From an uncultured delta proteobacterium (GTDB taxonomy: Bacteria > Desulfobacterota > Binatia > UBA9968), in contig CAVTUQ010000008.1 in assembly GCA_963737905.1 (NCBI GenBank), forward strand, positions 64,001 through 128,000: DNA of 64,000 bases, given 5' to 3'. The notes beneath the pieces are model-generated. The model was not told the origin of the DNA. It saw only the letters and a program-made list of their open reading frames with translations, and did no database searches. The position numbers and the translations under genes were made by a program. Position 1 is the stretch's first letter. Every line of letters starts with the position of its first letter. Of this stretch, positions 54,382-64,000 are shown piece by piece.

Positions 54382-55136
54382 TATCGCTCAAATCGCCTCG
54401 AGAAATCGACATCATGAGGCGGGCGAATACGATCGTCGCTGAGGTATTGCAAGAGCTAAAACAACGAGTAGGCCCGGGAGTAACGACGCTAGAACTAGAC
54501 GGGGTAGCTGAAGAGCTGACGCTAAAAAGAAAGGCCATCCCGGCGTTCAAGGGCTACAGCGTCGCCGGCAGAGTTTTTCCGCGCTGTCTTTGTGTATCGA
54601 TCAATGAGGAGATTGTTCATGGAATCCCGTCCCATCGCGCGCTGCGTGAGGGGGATATCGTTGGGCTCGACTATGGCGTGATTTTCGATGGCTTTTATGG
54701 CGATTCGGCGGTGACCGTTGGCGTGGGAAGGGTGAGCGAGGAAGCCAAACGACTGATGGAGGTTACGGAGCAGGCGCTCTACCGGGGTATTGAACAGCTC
54801 CAAGACGGAAAGCGGTTGGGAGATCTCGGCTTTGCGGTTCAGCAAACCGCAGAGAGCGCGGGCTACTCGGTTGTTCGCGCCTTCGTCGGTCATGGCATCG
54901 GCAAGAAATTGCATGAGGAGCCGCCGGTGCCGAATTACGGAGAGCCTGACCGTGGCGTTCGACTGAAGGAAGGGATGGTCCTGGCCATCGAGCCCATGGT
55001 CAATGCCGGAAGTTACGAAGTCGAAATTAAAGAGGACGGCTGGACGGCGATAACCAAAGACGGCAGCCTGGCGGCGCATTTTGAACATTCGGTAGCCGTC
55101 ACGAAGAACGGCCCGTTCATTTTAAGCAAGTTATAG
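54378..55136 (+). CDS. map: Methionine aminopeptidase type I
   Basis: VHGIP, GHGIG..LHEEP, AIEPMV, AHFEHSV. Confidence 0.98.
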   Translation: MISLKSPREIDIMRRANTIVAEVLQELKQRVGPGVTTLELDGVAEELTLKRKAIPAFKGYSVAGRVFPRCLCVSINEEIVHGIPSHRALREGDIVGLDYGVIFDGFYGDSAVTVGVGRVSEEAKRLMEVTEQALYRGIEQLQDGKRLGDLGFAVQQTAESAGYSVVRAFVGHGIGKKLHEEPPVPNYGEPDRGVRLKEGMVLAIEPMVNAGSYEVEIKEDGWTAITKDGSLAAHFEHSVAVTKNGPFILSKL

Positions 55137-55174
55137 TTGGGTATTCACCCAAACGAACAGTCCGAAAATTTGGT

Positions 55175-55393
55175 ATGCCGAAAGAAGATGCCATCGAAGT
55201 GACCGGAAAGGTGTTGGAGACCTTGCCCAATGCGATGTTTCGAGTGGAGCTCGACAACGGTCATAAGGTACTCGCTCATATATCGGGAAAAATGAGGATG
55301 CACTACATCAAGATCCTCCCGGGCGACAAGGTCAAGATCGAATTGTCTCCCTACGACTTGGCACGGGGACGAATCATCTTTCGGGAGCGCTAA
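55175..55393 (+). CDS. infA: Translation initiation factor IF-1
   Basis: [20 protein letters not shown]. Confidence 0.99.
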   Translation: MPKEDAIEVTGKVLETLPNAMFRVELDNGHKVLAHISGKMRMHYIKILPGDKVKIELSPYDLARGRIIFRER

Positions 55394-55405
55394 GGAGTCG
55401 TCGTC

Positions 55406-55519
55406 GTGAAGGTTAGAGCCTCCGTAAAGAAAATTTGCAACAAATGTAAAGTCATAAGGCGAAAGGGAGTCGTGCGCGTGTTGTGTGTTAACACCAAGCA
55501 CAAGCAAAGACAGGGGTAG
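55406..55519 (+). CDS. rpmJ: 50S ribosomal protein L36 (Zn type, GTG start), missing from the ORF track
   Basis: Translated by hand: [37 protein letters not shown]. Confidence 0.97.
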   Translation: MKVRASVKKICNKCKVIRRKGVVRVLCVNTKHKQRQG

Positions 55520-55562
55520 ATAGTTTAACACTGAGGGATTAAACAGGAGCTAGAGAAAAAAT

Positions 55563-55946
55563 ATGGCACGCATTGCAGGAGTCGATCTCCCGAGAAGCAA
55601 AAGGATGGAAGTCGCGCTCACCTACATTTACGGAATCGGCCGGAGCGCCTCGCGAAAGATCCTTGAGCAAGCCGGCATCTCCTTCGACCTGAAGAGCGAC
55701 GATCTCTCGGACGACGATGTGGTAAAAATCCGCCAGCTCCTCGATCAAGGACACAAGGTCGAGGGTGATTTACGGCGTGACGTGTCCATGAATATCAAGC
55801 GGCACATCGACATGGGATCGTATCGAGGCCTGCGCCATCGTAAGAATCTGCCGGTGCGCGGCCAACGGACGCACACCAACGCACGTACGCGCAAGGGGCC
55901 ACGCAAAACGGTTGCGGGGAAAAAGCCGGCCCCCTCTAAAGGTTAG
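55563..55946 (+). CDS. rpsM: 30S ribosomal protein S13
   Basis: [26 protein letters not shown]. Confidence 0.99.
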   Translation: MARIAGVDLPRSKRMEVALTYIYGIGRSASRKILEQAGISFDLKSDDLSDDDVVKIRQLLDQGHKVEGDLRRDVSMNIKRHIDMGSYRGLRHRKNLPVRGQRTHTNARTRKGPRKTVAGKKPAPSKG

Positions 55947-55954
55947 GAGAACCT

Positions 55955-56410
55955 ATGGCAAAAGCTGACGACGCCGTCGAGGAAAAACAGGAGAAGAAAG
56001 CTGAAGGACAGGTCGAGCAGAAGTCTCTCGACAGGGCTGCGCGCAAGAAGCGGGGACGAAAAAATATCGCTGAGGGTGTCGTTCATATTCATTCGACCTT
56101 CAATAACACGATCGTTACGATTACGGATTACCAAGGCAACGTCATCTCCTGGTCGAGTGCTGGAAGCATGGGCTTCAAAGGCTCTCGAAAGGGAACTCCG
56201 TTTGCGGCCCAGCAGGCCGCCGATAGCGCGGCCAAAAAAGCCATGGATCACGGGCTGCGAAGCGTCCAGATTTTTGTCCGAGGGCCGGGCGCGGGCCGAG
56301 AGTCGGCATTGCGAGCGCTTCAGTCGGCGGGCTTCAACATCAGTCTGATAAAAGATGTAACCCCCATTCCTCACAATGGGTGCCGTCCGCCAAAACGAAG
56401 GCGAGTTTGA
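55955..56410 (+). CDS. rpsK: 30S ribosomal protein S11 (charged N-terminal extension)
   Basis: [25 protein letters not shown]. Confidence 0.99.
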   Translation: MAKADDAVEEKQEKKAEGQVEQKSLDRAARKKRGRKNIAEGVVHIHSTFNNTIVTITDYQGNVISWSSAGSMGFKGSRKGTPFAAQQAADSAAKKAMDHGLRSVQIFVRGPGAGRESALRALQSAGFNISLIKDVTPIPHNGCRPPKRRRV

Positions 56411-56423
56411 TAAGGAGGAAAGA

Positions 56424-57050
56424 TTGGCTAGATACACAGAATCTGTGTGCCGGCTTTGCAGGCGGGAAAACCTCAAGCTCTTTTTGAAAGGAGAGCGATG
56501 TTACACGGACAAGTGCGCCATTGAAAGGCGCAATTATCCGCCGGGGCAGCATGGCCAGAAGAGACCCAAATTCTCTGAATACAGCATTCAGTTACGTGAG
56601 AAGCAAAAGGTCAAGCGAATGTACGGCCTGATGGAAAATCAATTTCGTCGCACATTCGCGCGGGCGAATCGCGAGAAGGGGATCACCGGAGAGGCCCTGT
56701 TAGTCTTATTGGAGCGACGGCTGGACAACGCTACCTATCGGCTTGGATTCGCCAGTTCCAGAGCGGAAGCACGATTGCTCGTCCGGCAGGGGCATATCTT
56801 GGTCAACGGAAAGCGAGTCAACATTCCGTCCTATCTGGTTCGCGTCGGCGACGAGGTGTCTGTCAAAGAGGGGAGTCGCCAGATGGCGAGGGTGTTGACG
56901 GCGATGGAGGGCGCGCAGCGCCGCGGTGTGCCGGAATGGGCGGAACTCAACCGGGATGCATTTAGTGGGCGGGTCAAATTAATGCCCGCGCGCAGCGACA
57001 TCACGATGCCCATTAACGAAAAATTAATCGTAGAATTGTATTCGAAGTAA
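56424..57050 (+). CDS. rpsD: 30S ribosomal protein S4 (Zn type, TTG start)
   Basis: [26 protein letters not shown]; TAAGGAGG RBS. Confidence 0.98.
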   Translation: MARYTESVCRLCRRENLKLFLKGERCYTDKCAIERRNYPPGQHGQKRPKFSEYSIQLREKQKVKRMYGLMENQFRRTFARANREKGITGEALLVLLERRLDNATYRLGFASSRAEARLLVRQGHILVNGKRVNIPSYLVRVGDEVSVKEGSRQMARVLTAMEGAQRRGVPEWAELNRDAFSGRVKLMPARSDITMPINEKLIVELYSK

Positions 57051-57071
57051 TTTTCGAAGGTGGGAGACGCT

Positions 57072-58100
57072 ATGTCTACAATGTATCAGCATTGGACGGA
57101 TTTGATCAAACCCAAGCAGCTCGAGGTCGACGAGAAGTCATTAACCCCGACTTACGGAAAGTTTTATGCGGAGCCCTTTGAGCGCGGTTTTGGTCAGACC
57201 ATCGGCAACACCCTGCGCAGGATCTTGCTTTCCTCGCTTATGGGCGCATCCATTGTCGCCGTCCGTATCAAGGGGATTCTCCATGAATTCTCAACCATTC
57301 CCGGGGTGACGGAAGACGTAACCGATATCATACTCAATCTGAAAGAGGTGCGACTCCGGCTCAACGATGGGGAGCAGCAGACCCTCAAGATCGATGCCAA
57401 AGGGCCTGGAACAGTGCAGGCAAAAGACATCGTCGCTCCCCCTACCGTGGAAATCCTAAATCCTGAGCACAAGATCGCGACTCTATCTCGCGACGCTAAG
57501 TTGGAAGCGGAGATCATCGCAAAACTCGGTCGCGGCTATGTCCCCGCGGAAAGGAACAAGGAAGAAGGGGCGCCGGTGGATACGATTTTTATCGACGCGG
57601 TTTTTTCCCCCATTCACAAGGTGAACTTTAATGTGACCAACGCTCGCGTAGCTCAACGGACCGATTATGATCGTTTGGTTTTTGAGGTTTATACCGACGG
57701 CAGCGTGAAGCCGGAAGACGCCGTAGCGTATGCGGCGAAGATTCTCCAGGACCAGGTGGGGATCTTCGTAAACTTCCAGGACGAACCCCGCCAGGAAAAA
57801 GGCGAGGATGGACCCACGATTCCGTTGAACGATAATCTTTTCCGCAGCGTGGATGAGTTGGAATTTTCCGTGCGCTCGCAGAACTGCCTTCAAAACGCTG
57901 ATATCAAGTACATTGGTGAACTGGTCCAGAAGACTGAACAGGAGATGTTGAAGACTAAGAATTTCGGCCACAAGTCGCTCAACGAGATCAAGGAAATTCT
58001 TCGTGAGATGGGGCTAGAACTTGGCATGAAGATTGATCATTTTCCCTCCCGAGAAGAGATCGAGAACCGACGGCGCGCCAATGAGAAGGAATCGGCATAA
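57072..58100 (+). CDS. rpoA: RNA polymerase alpha subunit
   Basis: [22 protein letters not shown], alpha-[18 protein letters not shown]. Confidence 0.99.
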   Translation: MSTMYQHWTDLIKPKQLEVDEKSLTPTYGKFYAEPFERGFGQTIGNTLRRILLSSLMGASIVAVRIKGILHEFSTIPGVTEDVTDIILNLKEVRLRLNDGEQQTLKIDAKGPGTVQAKDIVAPPTVEILNPEHKIATLSRDAKLEAEIIAKLGRGYVPAERNKEEGAPVDTIFIDAVFSPIHKVNFNVTNARVAQRTDYDRLVFEVYTDGSVKPEDAVAYAAKILQDQVGIFVNFQDEPRQEKGEDGPTIPLNDNLFRSVDELEFSVRSQNCLQNADIKYIGELVQKTEQEMLKTKNFGHKSLNEIKEILREMGLELGMKIDHFPSREEIENRRRANEKESA

Positions 58101-58103
58101 ACC

Positions 58104-58565
58104 ATGCGCCATCTCAAGTCGGGTAGAAAACTTAGTCGAACGCCCAGTCACCGGTGGGCCCTGATGCGCAATCTCATCACCTGTTTGTTACGCGACGAGA
58201 GAATTCAAACCACAGACCCGAAAGCCAAAGAGGTGAGACGCTGGGTTGATCGCGTCATTACGTTGGGCAAACGGGGCAGCTTGCATGCGAGGCGTCAAGC
58301 CCTGGAAATCGTTCGTGACAAAGCCACCGTGCGCAAACTATTCGATACCCTCGCGCCACGCTTCAAGGATCGTCCTGGCGGCTATACCCGGATCGTCAAG
58401 ATCGGTCGGCGGCGAGGAGATTCAGCGCCGATTTCGATGATAGAATTGGTGACGAGCGCGGAACCTGCAGTTGAGACACCATCCGGGAAAAGGAGAAGAC
58501 GACGTAGAGGAAGGGCATCATCCGAAGAGGCCGGCGCCCAAGAGAAAAACGCGCTGACCGCGTAG
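58104..58565 (+). CDS. rplQ: 50S ribosomal protein L17 with Arg-rich tail
   Basis: [24 protein letters not shown]. Confidence 0.98.
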   Translation: MRHLKSGRKLSRTPSHRWALMRNLITCLLRDERIQTTDPKAKEVRRWVDRVITLGKRGSLHARRQALEIVRDKATVRKLFDTLAPRFKDRPGGYTRIVKIGRRRGDSAPISMIELVTSAEPAVETPSGKRRRRRRGRASSEEAGAQEKNALTA

Positions 58566-58586
58566 CCTTTTTCGTCGTCTCTTTAC

Positions 58587-58630
58587 AAAAGCCGAAGCTA
58601 GGCGATTTCCACCTAGGCTCCGGCTTTTTT
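58587..58630 (+). terminator. Rho-independent terminator ending the superoperon
   Basis: AAAAGCCG-AAGCTAGG...CCTAGGCT-CCGGCTTTTTT. Confidence 0.75.
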
Positions 58631-58767
58631 GTTGCTCGCCTTTCTTGCCGATGGAGTTGGTGTCTCTGCGACACTCATAAAGAAAAAATCATAGCGTTAA
58701 TAGGCCGGACCGATGGCTTTTGTTCAAAGCACGGTCGTGATATGAGGCACGGTGGACAGGAAAGACC

Positions 58768-59133
58768 ATGGGACTACTGCGTCGATCGCTCAACGATATC
58801 CTGCGCATTGACTTGAACGTTGGTGCTTTGGATCGGCTCCAGTGGCGCGATTTTGGCAATGGTCTTTCCATGTCCCGCTTGGCGCGTGAGGGGAAGCGGG
58901 AGCTGATTCTGTATCGAATTGCGGCCAATGCCGCTCGGGACGCGTTTCTGCAACACGAGCACATCGGCGGCGAATTCTATCTTGTCCTCAGAGGCAAGAT
59001 CGCCGATGAGACGGGGGAGTACGTCCAGGGAGACATAGTTTTTCTGGATCCGCAATCCATACACCGGCCACAAGCAGTTGGCGAGACGGTCGTTTTGGTG
59101 CTCTGGCCGCAAGGCGTGCGTATCGTCGACTGA
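58768..59133 (+). CDS. ChrR-like cupin domain protein
   Basis: HEHIGGEFYLVLRG...GDIVFLDPQSIHRP (HxH/E/H metal site). Confidence 0.82.
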   Translation: MGLLRRSLNDILRIDLNVGALDRLQWRDFGNGLSMSRLAREGKRELILYRIAANAARDAFLQHEHIGGEFYLVLRGKIADETGEYVQGDIVFLDPQSIHRPQAVGETVVLVLWPQGVRIVD

Positions 59134-59170
59134 GTGAGAGCGATCAACGGGCTCGCGGACAGGAGGATTT

Positions 59171-60055
59171 ATGAAAACGTTGGGATTCATCGGCACTGGC
59201 GGCATGGGCAGTGGTATGGCGACAAACTTGATCAAAGCGGGTTACAGCTTGGTCGTTAATGATTTGCGGCGGGAGCAGGCCCAAAGATTGGAACATCAGG
59301 GGGCGGTATTCAAGGAGTCGCCTCGGGCGGTGGCTGAGTCCAGTGAGATGGTACTTTCGATGCTGCCATACAATGAGGCGGTTCGCACGGTTGGACTAGG
59401 TAACAGCGGATTGCATGAAGCCGCCACCGGCGCAAAACTGTGGGTTGATTTCAGCAGTATCGACAAGAAGACGATCGTTGGGATAGAGGCTGAACTGCAA
59501 AAAAAAGGGTGGACGGTTCTCGACGGCTCTGCGGGCGGTGTCGAAGAAGCAGCGGCAGCGGGAACGCTGTCGCTCTGGATCTCGGGATCGAAAGAGTTGT
59601 TTAATCAACATCAACCCGTGTTTAAAGCGATGGGCAAAAAGATTCTCTATGTTGGCGAGCTCGGCAACGCCAAGTTGGTAAAAAACGCCATGGCGATGTT
59701 CGCCGCGATTCAGCACTTGGGACTCGCGGAGATTTTCTCTTGGCTCAGGAAAGGGGGCGTGACCGAAGAAGCCTTTTACACTGTTTTGAAGAATTCCCAG
59801 CAGAGTTCCGAAGCCATCGACCGCATCTGCGAGATCGTTGTCAGTCGGAAATTCAAACCCCGCAAGTCGTGGATGCCCAAAGATGTCGGCTTCGGGCTGG
59901 ACATGGCTCGCGAGATGGAGGTGCCGGTTCCCTTCACCGCCCTGGCCTATCAGATGTTTTCTATCGCCCAAGCCACCGGCCTTGACGGCTATGAGGCCAC
60001 CGGCATCGCCTGCAACGTGTTCGATCTGATTACGGGGCAAACGAAGGGTCACTAA
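59171..60055 (+). CDS. NAD(P)-dependent beta-hydroxyacid dehydrogenase family protein (3-hydroxyisobutyrate dehydrogenase-like)
   Basis: GFIGTGGMGSGMA Rossmann motif, AAAAGTL, AKLVKN, MPKDVG. Confidence 0.88.
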   Translation: MKTLGFIGTGGMGSGMATNLIKAGYSLVVNDLRREQAQRLEHQGAVFKESPRAVAESSEMVLSMLPYNEAVRTVGLGNSGLHEAATGAKLWVDFSSIDKKTIVGIEAELQKKGWTVLDGSAGGVEEAAAAGTLSLWISGSKELFNQHQPVFKAMGKKILYVGELGNAKLVKNAMAMFAAIQHLGLAEIFSWLRKGGVTEEAFYTVLKNSQQSSEAIDRICEIVVSRKFKPRKSWMPKDVGFGLDMAREMEVPVPFTALAYQMFSIAQATGLDGYEATGIACNVFDLITGQTKGH

Positions 60056-60066
60056 AGGAGGGGCGA

Positions 60067-60606
60067 TTGTTTCCCCAGGAGCGCATCTCCCGTTTTCTTA
60101 GCTATCTCCTACGCCATCGGCCGAAGGAGTATCCGATCTCGTTTGACCGCCATGGGTTTGCCCCATGGACCGATGTTGTCGACACGGTACGGGAGCGGTT
60201 TCAGGAAGTCATGGAGGAGCAAATTCACTCCGTGATCGACGGTTCCGACAAGAAACGCTTCGAATTAAAAGAGGGTAAAGTTCGCGCTACTTACGGTCAT
60301 TCTTTTCCGGTGGATCTTGGTCTCGAACCGGTGGAGCCGCCACCACAACTCTACTTTGGAACCGCGCGGGATCTGGCTCAATCGATCTTACACAAAGGAC
60401 TTAGGCCGCGTGACCGGCAGTATATTCATCTCAGTCCATCCGTGAGTGAGGCGATTGCCGTGGGAAAGCGACGGGATCCTGCCCCCGCGATCATCGTGGT
60501 GGATTCACTGGCCGCGTACGCCGAAGGCGTTCGCTTCTTTGCCTCCGGCCCTCTGTTTCTGGCAGAGAACGTTCCGCCTAATTTCCTGTCCTTGGATCAA
60601 AAGTGA
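60067..60606 (+). CDS. kptA: RNA 2'-phosphotransferase (Tpt1/KptA)
   Basis: LSYLLRH, KKRFE, VRATYGHS, GLRPRDRQYIHLS, VGKRR. Confidence 0.92.
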   Translation: MFPQERISRFLSYLLRHRPKEYPISFDRHGFAPWTDVVDTVRERFQEVMEEQIHSVIDGSDKKRFELKEGKVRATYGHSFPVDLGLEPVEPPPQLYFGTARDLAQSILHKGLRPRDRQYIHLSPSVSEAIAVGKRRDPAPAIIVVDSLAAYAEGVRFFASGPLFLAENVPPNFLSLDQK

Positions 60607-60788
60607 AGCGGTTCCGTCTAGCTAGTTTGGAGGCGCAGCAAAGCCGCGACTTGTAATCTTTATCCAGGCCCAATCGTTGCTGTGTTGCGCATCGCCTACG
60701 CGGAAGACGTTCGCACAATTAATTGACTCGTAGGTCTTGCGCCGGCAGACTTGAGACGGCGACGGAGCCCCCGTGAAAGGAGGTCGGT

Positions 60789-61289
60789 ATGTACTTACGC
60801 ACGTTATTCATCCTGATCGTAATCGGCGCCGTGGCTATTTTTGCCGCCGTCAACTGGAATGCATTCGTGGCGCCGACGACAGTATCGGTGGTTTTTACCA
60901 CCGTAGAGGCGCCGCTCGGGCTTATCTTGCTCGCCGTTGTCGGCGTGCTCACATTGTTGTTTCTCCTCTATGTGGTCTATCTGCAATCTTCGGTTCTCAT
61001 GGAAAACCGGCGCAATGCGCGTGAATTGCAATCGCAGCGAGAACTCGCCGAGCAAGCGGAGATTTCTCGTATCAACCAACTGCGCTCCTTTCTGGAAAGC
61101 GAACTTAGCAGGCTCGGAGAAAAAACCGAGGAATCGAAGGTGGCCGCGTTAACGAAGCTTGAAACAGTGGAAGGCGAACTGCGATCGGTGATCGAACAGT
61201 CCGGAAATACGCTTGCCGCTTACATTGGGGAGATCGAGGATAGGCTGGAACGAACCTCCGGCGGACGGTCTTCAAAAGACCCTGCCTAA
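60789..61289 (+). CDS. LapA-like membrane protein with C-terminal coiled coil
   Basis: IFAAVNW...EAPLGLILL two-TM pattern; AAAGGAGG RBS. Confidence 0.7.
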   Translation: MYLRTLFILIVIGAVAIFAAVNWNAFVAPTTVSVVFTTVEAPLGLILLAVVGVLTLLFLLYVVYLQSSVLMENRRNARELQSQRELAEQAEISRINQLRSFLESELSRLGEKTEESKVAALTKLETVEGELRSVIEQSGNTLAAYIGEIEDRLERTSGGRSSKDPA

Positions 61290-61389
61290 GCGGGATTTGA
61301 GGTACCGTAGCCGACGCCGTATAAGTTCAGTCTGGGACCTAGCGAATTCTCGCTAGGCGTCAATCTATCCGGGCGGCTTCTGCAGCCGC

Positions 61390-61418
61390 TTGCTTCATAC
61401 GTGAAAAGCCATTATAAA
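61390..61418 (+). promoter_or_regulatory. Putative sigma70 promoter for argS
   Basis: TTGCTT-17nt-TATAAA. Confidence 0.5.
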
Positions 61419-61532
61419 TAGCTAATTAGCTCTGCTACAAACGAGTTTTCCCGCAAAAGTTGCATCAAAAAGCTGTTGGGTACGGGCGGGGTGGCGCATG
61501 CGTGGAGCCGCTCCGAATAAACCAGAATAGAA

Positions 61533-63248
61533 ATGCGAAGTCACCTTAGGGAGCTTTTGACCCAAGCCATCGAGAAAACAGCAAAGGGGGGAGAGCTGAA
61601 TTCAACAGAGCTCCCCCCTTTGCTTCTTGACCCGCCCAAGCAGCGGGAGTTTGGCGACCTGGCAACCAACGTCGCGATGTTGTGGGCGCAAAAAGCCAAA
61701 AAATCCCCACGGGTCATCGCGGAGATGATCCTCAAGAATCTCGAGGATCCGCATGGTATTCTCGCGCGCAAGGAGATCGCGGGTCCCGGTTTTTTGAACT
61801 TTGGGTTTTCTTCGCAGTTTTACTACCAGCGGCTGTGGGAGCTTGCGGAAGGGAAGACAGGCAATCTCGATATCGGTCGAGGCCGGAAGATGCAGGTCGA
61901 GATCGCCAGTGTCAACCCGACGGGTCCGCTCCATGTCGGTCACGGGCGTGTCGCAGTCATTGGAGATGTCTTGGCACGGCTGCACGAAGCGGTCGGGTTC
62001 AAGGTTGAGCGCGAATACTATGTCAATGACGCCGGTAGGCAGATGGAAAATCTCGGACTTTCCGTTTATGCTCGGTACCGCGAGCTTTTTGGCGAGCAGG
62101 TCGACTTTCCCCAGGATGGCTATCCCGGGGACTACGTTAGGGAAATCGCGGCTCAAATCAAACAAAGGGATGGCGACAAGTTCCTGAAGGGGCCCAAAGA
62201 AATGGCGGTCGATTATTTTCGCCAATATGGCGGTAATTCGCTGCTCGATATCATTCGCCGCCAATTGGGCGCGTTCGGCATTGAGTTTGATAGTTTCTTT
62301 TACGAGAAGGATCTGATGAGGGCGCCTCTAGACGACCGCAGCGCAGTGGCGCTGACGATGGACCAGCTACGCGCGCGCGACCTGCTTTATACTCAAGACG
62401 GCGCAGAGTGGTTCAGGTCGACGCAGTTCGGTGACGACAAGGACCGCACCGTGATTAAAAGCGACGGTGAGCTGACTTATTTTGCCAGCGACATCGCTTA
62501 TCACCGAAACAAGTTCGAGCGGAAGTTTCATAAGCTTATCAATGTCTGGGGAGCGGATCATCATGGCTATGTGCGGCGATTGAAAGCGGCGATGCAGGGA
62601 CTGGGCTATGACCCGAACCTCTTGCACGTCGTCCTGGTCCAACTGGTGCAGCTTACGCGCGGCGGCGAGCCCGTGCGTATGGGAAAGCGCACCGGTGAAT
62701 TCGTATCGCTAGAAGAAGTTTTACAGGAAGTTGGGTGCGACGCAGCGCGTTTTTTCTTCTTGATGCGAAAATCAGATAGTCATCTCGACTTCGATTTAGA
62801 TTTGGCGAAGCGCCAGTCAAGCGATAATCCCGTCTTCTACGTGCAATATGCCCATGCGCGCGTCGCCAGCATTTTCGAGCAGGCCCGCAAGAGCGGCATG
62901 TTGGACGGTGTCGGTGGAGGTGATCCGCCGATTGCGCTGGAACGGTTGAAGCTAGCTGAGGAGTTGGAGCTGATTCGCCAGATGGTTCAATTTGACGACG
63001 TGTTGGAAGACAGCATGCGGGAGCTCGAACCGCATCGCATGGTCTTTTATCTGCTTGAATTGGCCGGGGAGTTCCATCGCTATTACAATCGCTTTCGGGT
63101 GATTTCGGATGATCCAGAGTTAAGTCACGCCCGGCTATTCCTGGTGCAGAATGTTCAAAAAACTATTCGCCGAGGGCTGGAAATCTTGGGGGTTGAAGCA
63201 CCCATGAAGATGGCCTCCCGTTCGGAGGAAGATCCGCCTGAATCCTAA
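61533..63248 (+). CDS. argS: Arginine--tRNA ligase
   Basis: SVNPTGPLHVGH (HIGH), WGADHHGY, MGKRTG, YVQYAHAR. Confidence 0.98.
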   Translation: MRSHLRELLTQAIEKTAKGGELNSTELPPLLLDPPKQREFGDLATNVAMLWAQKAKKSPRVIAEMILKNLEDPHGILARKEIAGPGFLNFGFSSQFYYQRLWELAEGKTGNLDIGRGRKMQVEIASVNPTGPLHVGHGRVAVIGDVLARLHEAVGFKVEREYYVNDAGRQMENLGLSVYARYRELFGEQVDFPQDGYPGDYVREIAAQIKQRDGDKFLKGPKEMAVDYFRQYGGNSLLDIIRRQLGAFGIEFDSFFYEKDLMRAPLDDRSAVALTMDQLRARDLLYTQDGAEWFRSTQFGDDKDRTVIKSDGELTYFASDIAYHRNKFERKFHKLINVWGADHHGYVRRLKAAMQGLGYDPNLLHVVLVQLVQLTRGGEPVRMGKRTGEFVSLEEVLQEVGCDAARFFFLMRKSDSHLDFDLDLAKRQSSDNPVFYVQYAHARVASIFEQARKSGMLDGVGGGDPPIALERLKLAEELELIRQMVQFDDVLEDSMRELEPHRMVFYLLELAGEFHRYYNRFRVISDDPELSHARLFLVQNVQKTIRRGLEILGVEAPMKMASRSEEDPPES

Positions 63249-63276
63249 GGCGTCTGGTCAATCGCAGAGAGTTTCG

Positions 63277-63972
63277 ATGGCTGAGAATAGAAGAGATCGG
63301 GACAAGCGTTTTTACTTCAGTCGTGGACAGTTGGTGTTGCTCGGTGGCGCATTTACGCTAGCTTCACTGGTTATTTTTTTCCTGGGCATTGTCGTCGGCA
63401 GGGGAATCGAAGAACGAAAAATGGCTAGGCCAGAGGAACCCCTCATCAAAATTCCCGTAAACCCATCGGCCCAAGGTAGCGGTGCAGGACCTGCCGGTCA
63501 GACAAAAGAAGAGCTGACATTTTACGACACGCTGGCCAAATCATCCAAAAGCGAATCCTCGCTCGAGGAAAAAGCCAGCGAGCCGAAACAACCCGAGAAG
63601 GCAACCAAGTCTGAAAGAAAAGAAATCAAAGCCAAGGGACGTGAAGCCTCGCCTCCGGTGTCGTTCAAAACGGAGGAGAAGGCGCCCCGAGAAAAGTCCA
63701 ATGCGGTCCAAGTGTCAAATTCTGGCGAAGAATCGGGTAAAGCTTGGTATGTGCAGGTCAATGCCTTCCCCGATGAGAAATCGGGTAAAGTCTCTGTTGA
63801 TAGGCTCAAGAATAAGGGCTACAACGCCTATTTGACGGAAGCGCGAAACAACGGGAAACTCTGGTACCGTGTCCGGGTGGGCGAGTTCAGTTCACGCGAG
63901 GAGGCGGAGAAGATAGCGGATATCCTGAAGTCCAAGGAGAATTTCCCCAAGGCATTTGCCACCCGTCAGTAA
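63277..63972 (+). CDS. SPOR domain cell-division protein (FtsN/DedD-like)
   Basis: N-terminal TM segment, LTFYDTL, low-complexity linker, WYVQVNAF...WYRVRVGEF; argS-SPOR synteny. Confidence 0.88.
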   Translation: MAENRRDRDKRFYFSRGQLVLLGGAFTLASLVIFFLGIVVGRGIEERKMARPEEPLIKIPVNPSAQGSGAGPAGQTKEELTFYDTLAKSSKSESSLEEKASEPKQPEKATKSERKEIKAKGREASPPVSFKTEEKAPREKSNAVQVSNSGEESGKAWYVQVNAFPDEKSGKVSVDRLKNKGYNAYLTEARNNGKLWYRVRVGEFSSREEAEKIADILKSKENFPKAFATRQ

Positions 63973-64000
63973 CGTTACAGGCCAAGATGAGTATTCGGGA

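Overview
Bacterial chromosomal window of about 55% GC. It is probably deltaproteobacterial, likely Ca. Binatia/Binatota-like; this is inferred from gene order and the Bug/family-5 solute-binding proteins, not from a search. Positions ~16-58.6 kb are core housekeeping: tig-clpP-clpX-lon-HU, rplM-rpsI, lptFG, rlmB, a tRNA-tuf-rpmG-secE-nusG cluster, rplKAJL, rpoBC, and the str/S10/spc/alpha ribosomal protein superoperon. Twelve tRNA genes lie between 14.3 and 29.0 kb. The first 16 kb and last 5 kb are accessory or metabolic. The best hidden signal is a selenoprotein. Two ORFs (9686-10156 and 9365-9667, minus strand) are one in-frame PrdB/GrdB-like gene with a UGA read as Sec in a U-P-F-C motif, followed at once by a SECIS-like hairpin. 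It lies upstream of two orphan TctC/Bug binding proteins, and no reductase partner genes are in the window. Other notable points: five intergenic fold-back elements built from 7- or 9-nt tandem repeats (three sequence families); a strong terminator-like hairpin between rpsG and fusA; no rpmD (L30) and no second tuf in the superoperon; a cupin/dehydrogenase/KptA operon; and several frameshifts confined to the first 15 kb (probably sequencing or assembly indels). No CRISPR array, rRNA, integrase or transposase was seen.
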